Source: Carpediemonas membranifera BICM (taxonomy: Eukaryota; Protista; Fornicata). Taken from it: a DNA stretch of 64,000 nucleotides. Shown piece by piece: positions 55,466-64,000 of this stretch (positions are counted from its first letter, which is position 1; every line of letters begins with the position of its first letter). The stretch covers positions 434,001 to 498,000 of the forward strand of contig JAHDYR010000025.1 in assembly GCA_019828565.1 (NCBI GenBank), read 5' to 3'. Under the pieces are notes generated by a model. It was not told where the DNA came from, did not search any database, and saw nothing but the letters and a program-made list of their open reading frames with translations. The translations under genes and the position numbers were made by a program.

Positions 55466-55814
55466 TCACGCACGCAGCAGGCAGAAAAGGAGATCGTTAT
55501 GTCGCAGGATAGTGCAAGTTCATTTCGCAGCTAATCTTGGATCCGGGTTTTGCGTTGAATTCGAGCTGTGACATTGCAGCACCATACATATCGCACCATC
55601 TGCCACGCTAGCCAGTGAATCCAGCCCTTGCCCCGACGACTGTAGCCGGGTCGAGTCCACGAGCTCACCTCTATGCCTCTTGATGGTGGAACGTTTGCGT
55701 TTGCTGAACCACGCTGCTCGTTGACGTTGTGCCTGTGTATCCCGCAGTGATCTGAAATCTCACGATCAGATCCGCATCCAGTCAAGTCAAAGATACAACC
55801 ACTCAATCTACATT

Positions 55815-56333
55815 TTACACAGGCTCGCCCAATCTACGGCCACGCATAGAACCAGGGGCGCGAAGCCTGCCGTCGGCCGTCTCCTGAAGCAAGACGGGGA
55901 TGTCATTGGCGGAGAGGTCCTCGTAGTACTCGCCATCCACGGCCATCACGGGGCCACAGGAGCAAGCGCCAAGGCATTCGACTTCCCTGACGGAGAAGTT
56001 GCCGTCGTCGGAATGCACGGCGTGGTGACCCTTGCACTTCTTGCCAATGTGGTCCCCAACGGCCTTGAGGACGTCGTCGCCGCCTCTAATCATGCAGGAA
56101 GCGCCAGTGCACACGTCGATGCTGTGCTTCATGTCTGGTTCGAAGCGGAACATCGAATAGAACGTCGCAGTGGACTCCACCTGACCCACTTGGAGCTTCA
56201 GGTCCTCAGCAAGCGCCGTCATGGCATCTTTCGAGATGTAACCATCGCGTTCCTGAATTTTGTGGAGCATTGGGATCAGGGCAGCCCGGGCTTGGTCATT
56301 GGGGTAATGGGCGAGGACTTCGGACAGCGACAT
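55815..56333 (-). CDS. nuoE: NADH dehydrogenase 24-kDa subunit (NuoE/NDUFV2, [2Fe-2S])
   Basis: AALIPMLH..Q..GYI, TATFYSMF, VCTGASCMIRG, VECLGACSCGP, YYEDL. Confidence 0.93.
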   Translation of the reverse strand: MSLSEVLAHYPNDQARAALIPMLHKIQERDGYISKDAMTALAEDLKLQVGQVESTATFYSMFRFEPDMKHSIDVCTGASCMIRGGDDVLKAVGDHIGKKCKGHHAVHSDDGNFSVREVECLGACSCGPVMAVDGEYYEDLSANDIPVLLQETADGRLRAPGSMRGRRLGEPV

Positions 56334-56585
56334 CTTTTCGACCCTTAGCCTGCACTTTCCTGATCCGTCGCGTCACATCTCGACCTTGTTGACCGAGGGC
56401 TTGGCGGTCTTAGCCATCGCCCCTGTCTTGGTTCGGCCCAAATCAGCTTCCATCCCAAGGTCCGCCTTCATCATCAGACTGCCACCACACAGGGCTGAAT
56501 TAAAGAGCCTATTTATGCACTGTCGAAGAGCCTACAGTTCCTCCGATAAGTCGAGCATTGTTTGCCTCAGCCGCGCATGTCTGAA

Positions 56586-57107
56586 TTACATCGCGATGCA
56601 CCCGCCCGAGCTCTTGGGCTTGTATGAGCCGGGCTTGTACCCGTAAAGGAACTTGATCTGGTTGTTGTTGAAGCACCCGCGGCGGATCTTGCGGATGAAA
56701 GTGCACGCGTCAAAGGCGCTGATCCCGCTCTCAATGAGCGCAACGGCTACGAGGACGGGCGCGCGACCAAGTCCGCTTTGGCAATGGATTGCGATGGGGC
56801 CAGGAGATGTCCCCTTGAAGTGATCGTGGACGATCTCCATGAATTCGGCGAGAATTTCACGAGGTGGCGCGCTGCCATCATCAAAAAGAAGGTCCTGGGT
56901 GAGTCAAGAAGAAGAACTGGAACTGACGTTGATAGAAATGCCCGCGTTCTCGAAGGGCTGTTTGTTATAGCCGCTGACGATCGAGATCATTCTCTGGACG
57001 TCGTGCTGCTTGAACAACTCAAGGTATTGCTCTGTGTTCTCGTCCTGGGGGCACTCTACTATCAGGAACGCTACTTTGTTCTTCTCAATAAGGCTTGCTC
57101 CGCTCAT
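56586..57107 (-). CDS. PRL/PTP4A prenylated protein tyrosine phosphatase (intron 56895-56927)
   Basis: FLIVECP, FDDGSAPP, HCQSGLGRAPVLVA, IRKIRRG..N..Q, CaaX CIAM. Confidence 0.93.
56895..56927 (-). other. spliceosomal intron, 33 nt
   Basis: GTCAGT...CTCACCCAG; removes an in-frame TGA and restores GISINDLLFDDG. Confidence 0.92.
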
Positions 57108-57378
57108 TCGAACTAAAACAAGCTTCAACACGATCGTGCGCAAGACTGCGGAAGAGTCGAATGCAGCGCATGCCAATTTCGAGGAGCACCCCGGGCCACA
57201 TAGTGTAACAGCAGCCTTGAGGGCGGCCTACATGCCCACTCGCCCACCTGATGAAGGGGGGCCGACATACTCATTCTCCAGCCAGACCGAGATCATATTT
57301 CGCATGGCGTCCGACCTCAACCCGGAGCTATTAGCCTAATGATTTAGTCGCGACTCGAGCCAACTGAATTCCTCTATA

Positions 57379-57983
57379 TTACAACCTCCGTATCTTCTTT
57401 TTGTCCTTCTTGGGCTGAGCGGGTTTTGACCCTTCTTTCGCATGGACACTACTGTGTAAGCAAGATCACAACTAACAACATACGTCCACATTCTCGCCCG
57501 ACTGACATACTCCTCGTAATCCTCCATCTCCAGCTTGGCGGCCTCATCGTTGAGCGCAGACTCGGGGAAGGGCTCGAGCAAGAGGCAGCGGATGATCATC
57601 AGCACATGCCGAAGGGTGGTGTCTGGGGTCCAGTCCCGCTTCAAGACCTGAGTGAGACGGCTGCAGTGGACATACGTTGACGCAGATCTCCCCATCGACG
57701 CTGATGTTGGGGTGAAACACCTTGGTCATGAACCGGCCGAGGGGCGGCGAGTTGGGGTAATCGGAAGGGAACCGGAATCTTGGTGAGAGGCGCAGTGGGG
57801 AACATACTTCACGAGGAACTTGCCTCCTTCGAATGGGGACGCCTCTGGGCCCTCCAACGTGGCGGTGACGTCCTGGATGTTGGTTTCATTAATCGCAATC
57901 GTCCAGCCAGTTGGCTGATCATTAACCATGTCCTTCAGCTGTGCCATGATTTGCTTCATGGCTGAAATGGAGAGATCACTCAT
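57379..57983 (-). CDS. UBE2S: ubiquitin-conjugating enzyme E2 S (4 exons)
   Basis: Spliced: [69 protein letters not shown]. Confidence 0.95.
57452..57483 (-). other. spliceosomal intron, 32 nt
   Basis: GTATGT...CTTACACAG; restores the UBE2S C-terminal KKKIRRL. Confidence 0.92.
57648..57675 (-). other. spliceosomal intron, 28 nt
   Basis: GTATGT...CTCACTCAG; restores ICVNVLKRDW. Confidence 0.95.
57779..57807 (-). other. spliceosomal intron, 29 nt (AAG acceptor)
   Basis: GTATGT...CTCACCAAG; restores KFRFPSDYP. Confidence 0.9.
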
Positions 57984-58237
57984 TGTTTGTTGTGTCGCGA
58001 AAATTGCCACTTTTGGCGACCATATCACGCAGCCCGGCCGGATAGCGCCACACCAGCCTGCGATGAGCGGGGGCAACACGTTGCCGAGTATGTTAAGTCG
58101 CGTCTGGCCTCTGCAAGGCCTCAGAGAGAGTGACCCTGGATCAGTTCACAGCAGCTTAAATGCACCAGCCGCACCACACTCGCATCAGAACCGATTTATA
58201 GGGAAGGGAGAGCACAGATGGGCCATGATACAAATCT

Positions 58238-58879
58238 TCAATTCAGCTCGCACGCACGTCGGGGGTGGGCACCCCAGGCGTCGTCCTTCGTCTTCGTCCG
58301 CGACTTGGTGCTGCCGGTCTTAGACCCCGTCGGGCTAACCAGCCGAGCCTTGACCTCCGCCTTGGGCTTGAGCAGGCGTGGAAACTCCTCGCCGATCAGG
58401 GCTTGCTGGCACATCTCCTGGGTAGACTCGGGCAGCTTTGAAAGAAAGAACTCGCCGACTCGGGCCATGCGGTTGGTGCCGCGGGGGAACTTCAGGCCAT
58501 CGGGCAGCAGTCTGCGTGCCAATGCGAGGGTGAAGTCGTTGCAGTTGAACGAGAGCACGGAGTAGCTGAGGCCGACGAAGGTGTCGCCGAGGTCTGCGAT
58601 GATTTGGGTAACTTCGGACCAACGGCGGAAGGTTCTGCCAAGGTATATACTGCGTCGGAAGTGGGCGTCGCCGTTCTCGAGCGCACAGGTTCTTGGAGCA
58701 CATTTGAAGATACCGGAGGTGTTGTTGTAGTGGCCAGCGAAGTACCATTCCTCCCCATGGACTTCTAAGCCAGTGTGGTGGATTCCGAGGCCAATTGGCG
58801 CCATTAGCGCATTCATCGGACTTAGATCGTATACATTGAGAAACACATCCCGAGGATCAACTTCTGCTCTGCTAGCCAT
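58238..58879 (-). CDS. PPPDE/DeSI deSUMOylating or deubiquitinating peptidase
   Basis: VFLNVYDLS, GIHHTGLEVHGEEW, YSVLSFNCNDF, NRMA. Confidence 0.92.
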   Translation of the reverse strand: MASRAEVDPRDVFLNVYDLSPMNALMAPIGLGIHHTGLEVHGEEWYFAGHYNNTSGIFKCAPRTCALENGDAHFRRSIYLGRTFRRWSEVTQIIADLGDTFVGLSYSVLSFNCNDFTLALARRLLPDGLKFPRGTNRMARVGEFFLSKLPESTQEMCQQALIGEEFPRLLKPKAEVKARLVSPTGSKTGSTKSRTKTKDDAWGAHPRRACELN

Positions 58880-59092
58880 CGCTTGCATGCTGGTAGTGTG
58901 TTGCCCTGGCAGGTGCCTTCGCAAAACTGCACCGTAGGCAGGCGTGACATCCGGCGTCCACCAGCCTGCGCACTGCCTGAGCACGCTATAGCCTGGTCCT
59001 ACTGCCCACTCCAGTCATTTGCCGGTCACCACCAAGATCAACAACAACAGGACGGCGTTTAAATGTATGTGGTACAGACCATATGGCGGCAT

Positions 59093-59410
59093 TCATTGGT
59101 CGTTCATGGCCTGGACAGCGATGAACTGGTAGCCCGCCTCGGGGATGGCAATGATCTCGTGCTTCTGCGACCGAATGCGGACAAAACGAAGATCGTTTGT
59201 GGGATCAATGTCACGAACTGACGCACGGCTCATGGCAGTGAACTGGGAGACGAGAGTAGCGTATTTGCTGCTGAGCTCCTGGTCTTCGAAGGTTGTGCGC
59301 ACGACATCGCCGTCATTTGAAAGGATTACGACACCGAGAACGCCGGGTTGCGCAGAAATGCGAGAAAGAGTAGCCTCGACTTCGTTTGTAGCCTGTTTTT
59401 CCCCGCTCAT
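59093..59410 (-). CDS. dynein light chain roadblock/LC7
   Basis: EVEATLSRI..GVLG..VRTT..VRDIDPTNDLRFVRIRSQKHEI. Confidence 0.95.
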   Translation of the reverse strand: MSGEKQATNEVEATLSRISAQPGVLGVVILSNDGDVVRTTFEDQELSSKYATLVSQFTAMSRASVRDIDPTNDLRFVRIRSQKHEIIAIPEAGYQFIAVQAMNDQ

Positions 59411-59725
59411 GATCAAGAGCCAAGTTTTGCAATTATGAGCCGTATCCTGCGCTTTGCCGGATGGCCTCACTATGACGCCCGACAGGGCCTCGGTACGACT
59501 GAGAGCCATCTGGGTAGGTAAATCATGCCAACGTTTGCGTGGTAGTGGGATTATGGGGCAATGCGGGGATGGTTGCCAAAGTCGCTCTCTCGATCCCTGT
59601 GACAAGAGGCCCCTGTTGGAATGCCCCATCAGCTGATGACCATCGCGAGGCAAATGCCCCTAATCAGACGACTCCGGGGTAACTTTGACCAAACGCGAAA
59701 TCGCTGATCGCCACACGACGACGCC

Positions 59726-61432
59726 ATGAGAACAGTTTCTTTCATTCTGTTGATCGTGGTACAGCTGCTAATTGCTGTTACCGCAGAGCCTTTGAAGTAT
59801 TGTGCGGAGCCGCTGAAGTCGAAGCCTGGCCAGTTCACCATCTACGAGGGGCATCACCCTCTGTGCTCGTCGTTTCTGACGTACGAGGCCTCGCTCGAGA
59901 AGGATGGCTGGGACCGCGTCCAGATGACCGTCAATCCGGCCGGAAGCTTCTCCGATTTGACGAAGATGGCCGGCCTCGGCTTCCTTGAGGGCAACATTCT
60001 CGCCCCCCGCATCACCGCTCACCGCGAGAACTTCCTCAAGGCGTTCACAGACGACTTCTTCAAGGGCAAGGGCATCCCGTCCGGCGTGATGGACTTCCTG
60101 CAGTCCAACATCGGCTACCTTCGCTACAACTGCAAGGCCACGCCTGACGATCCTTACTGGGCTAACATCAACCTCATCCTCGGTCAGGTCGATGGTATGC
60201 TTGCCGGATACAACGCTGCTATTGCCGCCGGCACTGCGGGCACGACAACTGCCGTGACGATCGAGGACCTCTACCTCCTGATGTCCCAGGGCGACCTCCT
60301 CGACATCGCCAAGATCGTTGACGCCAACAACCGCCCCGACTTCTCCGCGATGACACCCGTCGAAGTTGACGAATATCTGGCCAAGACGAGCCACTGCTCG
60401 GCCCTCATCAGCTTGGACGACGACTACGAGGATCTCGTAGCAGGCCATGCCACGTGGTTCCTGTACTCCGCGATGACCCGCATCCTGAAGGAGGTCGACC
60501 TGACTGGTATCGCCTCTGAGCACGTTAAGGTCAAGTCGAGCGTCTTTTCGTCGTACCCAGCAGTCCTAGCCTCCGTGGACGACTTCTACACGACCAGCGC
60601 CCAGCTCGCGGTCATGGAGACCACCAACAACATCGTCGACCAGGACCTTTATGACGGTCTCACGCCCCAGGCCGTCCTGACCTGGATGCGCGCCATCGTG
60701 ACCAACAGACTCGCCACGACCGGACAGGAATGGGTTGACACGTTCAAGCGCTTCAACTCGGGCACGTACGTCTGCCAATGTTTGTTCATGCGGGGGTTAT
60801 AACTGACCCGCCCTCTTTTTTTTCTTTACACAGGGATGATTGTCGATTACAAGCAGTTCACACCCGGCGAGGAGCCCGAGGAGGACTCCGGCCTGGTCAC
60901 CATCATCGAGACGATCCCGGGCGGGTCTGCTGATGCTGACGTCACCGACGTCCTGCTCGACCAGGGCTTCTGGCCCAGCTACAACATCCCGTACAGTGAG
61001 ATCATCTACGACGACCTGGGCTATGACACGCTCGAGGAGAAGTACGGCGACATCTGGTCATACGCTGAATGCCCTCGGGCTACGATCTTCAAGCGTGACG
61101 CCCCCGCCGTGAACCACATTGGTGACCTCGGCCGTCTCCTCCGCGAGAACAACTGGGAGCACGACGAGTTATCCCTCGGGAACCCCGGGAACGCCATCGC
61201 TGCCCGCTACGACCTCCGCAAGCCCGCCCAGGGCCCCATTGCTATGGGTGCCATCGACGCCAAGGTTGTCGACGTCGCCCACATGAAGGCCGGGCACATC
61301 ATGGCGATCGCCGGCCCAACCTACTCCGGCCAGCCCGCGTGGCAGTTCAGCAAGAGCTCGCTGTTCTCGCCGCACGCGGGCCTACCCGACGGGCCTTGGC
61401 GCTATGGTTGGCAGCAGTTCCCCCAGGAATAA
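59726..61432 (+). CDS. phospholipase B-like (PLBD/Ntn hydrolase; intron 60780-60833)
   Basis: Signal peptide; SHCSALI nucleophile; MTRILK; SSYP..SVDDFY; METT; NSGTYVCQ|WMIVDY; WPSYNIP; AARYDL; GAIDAK. Confidence 0.93.
60780..60833 (+). other. spliceosomal intron, 54 nt, with GC hairpin
   Basis: GTTTGT...TTTACACAG; restores NSGTYxxQWMIVDY; GCGGG/CCCGC stem enclosing 22 nt. Confidence 0.9.
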
Positions 61433-61557
61433 ACTTTATTATTTCCGACGAGTTCAACTCCGCCGTGACGGAGAGCGAAAGACGGTGTTGATCAGCGCTA
61501 CTTTAACACTGTTTTATGGTCGACCTGCGACGCTGTTGCGGTAGACGCAGCCGTGCC

Positions 61558-62784
61558 CTATTCCCAAAATGAATCGTCGAGGTCTTCTATCTCGATCACA
61601 TCGCTGTCTTCCTCGCCCAGCTGATGTGCCGCCCCACGACCAGTCGACCCCGGCCCCGGCTTGACACCCAGCACGTCTGCATGCCCCTCAGCGCGAGACG
61701 CAGGCCCAGTCTGTGGGGGCGGCTCAGGGTGTCCAGTGACTGCTCCCATCCCATCAGCGCTGAACGGCCGCTTCGGCCGGTACTCGCGGCAGTACAGCTG
61801 GCCCCGCTCGGCGTACGCGTCGTAACCGCGGTCCTCCCGCCCATTCGCCCGCTCTCTTGCTGCCGTGGCAAGCTTGTCCACCGCTTCGTTACCCAGAATG
61901 CCCGCGTGCGCCTTGACGTGTGCGAAGACGAGGTCACCCCTGTGGTTGTCGATGTAGTACAGCACCTTGTCCCACAGGTCCGGATTCTTGATCTTCTTGC
62001 CGTCCTTGGGCATCCAGGCCCGGCTCCTCCAGCTCCGTAGCCAGCCCTTGTTGATCGAATCGACGACATACATGGAATCCGTGAGTACGGCAACGTTGCT
62101 GTGCGGGTTGACCCGCTTAAGGCCGTGGATCACCCCTCGAAGCTCCATGCGGTTGTTCGTTGTGAACTTGAACCCCTTGCCCACCTGGATGACCGACTCG
62201 GACATGCTCATGATGATGGTGCCGAAGCCCCCAGGGCCAGGGTTGGGCTTGGATCCCCCATCGGTGAAGATGACATTGTCGAACCCGAAGTCATTGAACA
62301 GCGCCTTCTCGGGAACTTTGCCTCGCTTGGCCGCCTGCTGAACGTACTCAGCCGTCCGGGGCTGCAGGTTGATCCTCTGGGGAGGTGGCGGTTGTAAAGG
62401 AGCGCTCTGCTGCAGCGTGGCGGGGATGTTCGGCACGGTTGGCGCCTCTTGCGCGGCACGAGGCTGGACTTGCTGTTGGGCGGAGGCGTAGGTGTTCCAG
62501 ACATCCGAGATGGGGATGCCTCGAGGAGCAGCGCTGTTTGTAAGCTGTGGCTGCTGCCCATGCCTGCTTTTGTACTCTTGGAGCAGCTTGAGGGCCAAGA
62601 GCTGGTCGGCACGGGAAAGCTGTGCCAGCATGTGATCGACACTGAAACCAGACGATCTACTGTGCATATCATGTTCATCCCTGTTGTGTCTAGGGTTGTT
62701 AGCCCGTTTAGGACGATATCCACCGCGTCCGCCCATGCCTCGGAGCCGCTCTCCCAAACCTGCGGCAAACGTGTCGCGTGACAT
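61558..62784 (-). CDS. ribonuclease HI (bacterial RnhA-like catalytic domain with low-complexity extensions)
   Basis: IFTDGG..NPGPGGFG, TTNNRMEL, TDSMYV, W..W..KNPDLW, HVKAHAG..GNEAVDKLA. Confidence 0.92.
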   Translation of the reverse strand: MSRDTFAAGLGERLRGMGGRGGYRPKRANNPRHNRDEHDMHSRSSGFSVDHMLAQLSRADQLLALKLLQEYKSRHGQQPQLTNSAAPRGIPISDVWNTYASAQQQVQPRAAQEAPTVPNIPATLQQSAPLQPPPPQRINLQPRTAEYVQQAAKRGKVPEKALFNDFGFDNVIFTDGGSKPNPGPGGFGTIIMSMSESVIQVGKGFKFTTNNRMELRGVIHGLKRVNPHSNVAVLTDSMYVVDSINKGWLRSWRSRAWMPKDGKKIKNPDLWDKVLYYIDNHRGDLVFAHVKAHAGILGNEAVDKLATAARERANGREDRGYDAYAERGQLYCREYRPKRPFSADGMGAVTGHPEPPPQTGPASRAEGHADVLGVKPGPGSTGRGAAHQLGEEDSDVIEIEDLDDSFWE

Positions 62785-62843
62785 GGAAGCCGCCAAAAGC
62801 TGTAGCTCAACTGCCGTTCAACTCAAGCTCTTAATTTACCAGC

Positions 62844-63806
62844 TTAGTTGTAGGATGGACACTTGGTGGCGTCCGAGCATGCGATGGGCAGCTTCACCGT
62901 CTTGCCCCCGACGACCGTGCTGCCCAGACCGTACTCGGACCACGAGCCGTCGTACAAAGTGTGCTCCTCCGGCTTCTTGCCCAGCACATCGAGGCAGAGG
63001 GAGATTGTCGCGGCAGTCACACCGCTGCCGCAAGACGTCGTGATGTCGCTATCAAGATCCACACCGGATCCTTGGAAGATCTCCCAGATCTCCTGCATGG
63101 ACTTGAGCCTGCCGTCCCGCAGGACCTCCGTGTGGGGGATGTTGATTGAGCCGGGGATGTGGCCGGATTTCACCTTGGGCCGGGGCTCCTTGGCGACGCC
63201 TGCAAACCGCTCAGCCGACCTGGCATCGATGATCTGCTGGATACGGGGCTCGGATGCAGCGGGGAGATCGCTGAGGAGGGTGCGGGGGAGGAAACCCTTG
63301 GCCACGAGGTGGTGCACCACATCCGTCATGTTCTTGCGCATCCAGTGGTTGTCGGCGAGGACAGACATGTTTCCGGGCTCCACTGGCTTGGAGCCGCCGA
63401 TCTCGGTGGGTCCTCCGATTGCGATCCAGTCGCGGAGAGTTCCGTTCATGACGCTCACGTCGGTAATGCCGAAACGACGGAACATCCACCAGACACGGGG
63501 GCTGCCGAACAGGGAATCGCGATCCATGCAGATCACACGGTCGCCAGCGTTCAGGCCGAGGCTGCGGACCTTTTGCTCGAAGAGGTCGGCGGGAGGGCAC
63601 TGGTGGGGGAGATCGGAGCCCGGCTCAACGACTTGATCGATGTCGAACAGCTGCGCGCCAGCGACGTGCTTTCTCGCAAAGGCCATTTGCGTGAAACCAG
63701 GCTCCATTGCCTTCAAGTTCCATGAGCAATCGAGAAGCCGCAGTTTCTTATCCACAGCCAAGTTTCTTTTGACCCATTCAGGTGTAACAATCGATGTGTA
63801 CTTCAT
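62844..63806 (-). CDS. 3-mercaptopyruvate/thiosulfate sulfurtransferase (tandem rhodanese)
   Basis: LLDCSW, FDID, SPRVWWMF, IDARS..RF.G, GHIPGS.NIP, active-site CGSGVTA, YDGSWSEY. Confidence 0.95.
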   Translation of the reverse strand: MKYTSIVTPEWVKRNLAVDKKLRLLDCSWNLKAMEPGFTQMAFARKHVAGAQLFDIDQVVEPGSDLPHQCPPADLFEQKVRSLGLNAGDRVICMDRDSLFGSPRVWWMFRRFGITDVSVMNGTLRDWIAIGGPTEIGGSKPVEPGNMSVLADNHWMRKNMTDVVHHLVAKGFLPRTLLSDLPAASEPRIQQIIDARSAERFAGVAKEPRPKVKSGHIPGSINIPHTEVLRDGRLKSMQEIWEIFQGSGVDLDSDITTSCGSGVTAATISLCLDVLGKKPEEHTLYDGSWSEYGLGSTVVGGKTVKLPIACSDATKCPSYN

Positions 63807-64000
63807 TGTGGTTCTTCTTTCAAGGATTCTCGGTTCTTTGATTTGTCAAGGCACGACCGCTCCAGACCAGGTCAACGCCGGTCCCGGTGGGCAGTAGACG
63901 ACCGGCATGGGGCCATGCGTCACTAGGCGGCCGTGTGTTGGCTTTATCGCCGCAGCTGGCCGACCCGCCTTGTGCACGTCAGCCAGGGCATGCACGCATT

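Noticed and set aside
59629-59841. WD-like phrase (MASSCGDQRFRVW) in a minus-strand ORF
   Set aside because: It is antisense to the phospholipase B start region; a single motif consistent with chance.
1-64000. Prokaryotic operon, defence system (e.g. Pch2/TRIP13 as a CBASS component), CRISPR array, tRNA/rRNA or transposon
   Set aside because: The genes are intron-containing eukaryotic housekeeping genes; no CD-NTase/HORMA neighbours, repeat-spacer arrays, cloverleaves, transposases or terminal repeats were seen.

Overview
A gene-dense (about 43 genes in 64 kb), GC3-rich eukaryotic nuclear segment, not a prokaryotic one. The gene content includes EF-1alpha, kinesin-5, APC11, UBE2S, Pch2, roadblock dynein light chain, a SHIPPO-repeat protein, WDR31 and a CatSper3-like channel. 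Organelle-type HydE, NuoE, Tom22 and a presequence-bearing thioredoxin point to an anaerobic flagellated protist with a hydrogen-producing mitochondrion-related organelle (MRO), most likely a Carpediemonas-like fornicate metamonad (inference). I reconstructed 18 spliceosomal introns by hand. All start GTHNGT, and 17 of 18 end in a fused branch-point/acceptor (..A-x-x-x-A-G, typically YTNACACAG). Thirteen are 28-33 nt. All five longer ones (54-133 nt) contain internal hairpins that bring the unpaired length back to about 30-37 nt, which suggests a fixed-length 'ruler' spliceosome with RNA-structure compensation. Other highlights: a WGTAAA poly(A)-like signal, a candidate GCAGTTT core-promoter motif, a C-terminally truncated eL13, an IPUT1-like GT8, a RING/B-box-Yippee fusion, a possible cryptic Spc25-like protein, a bacterial-type RNase HI, and a frameshifted IBR-type gene. 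No rRNA, tRNA, CRISPR array or recognisable mobile element was seen.
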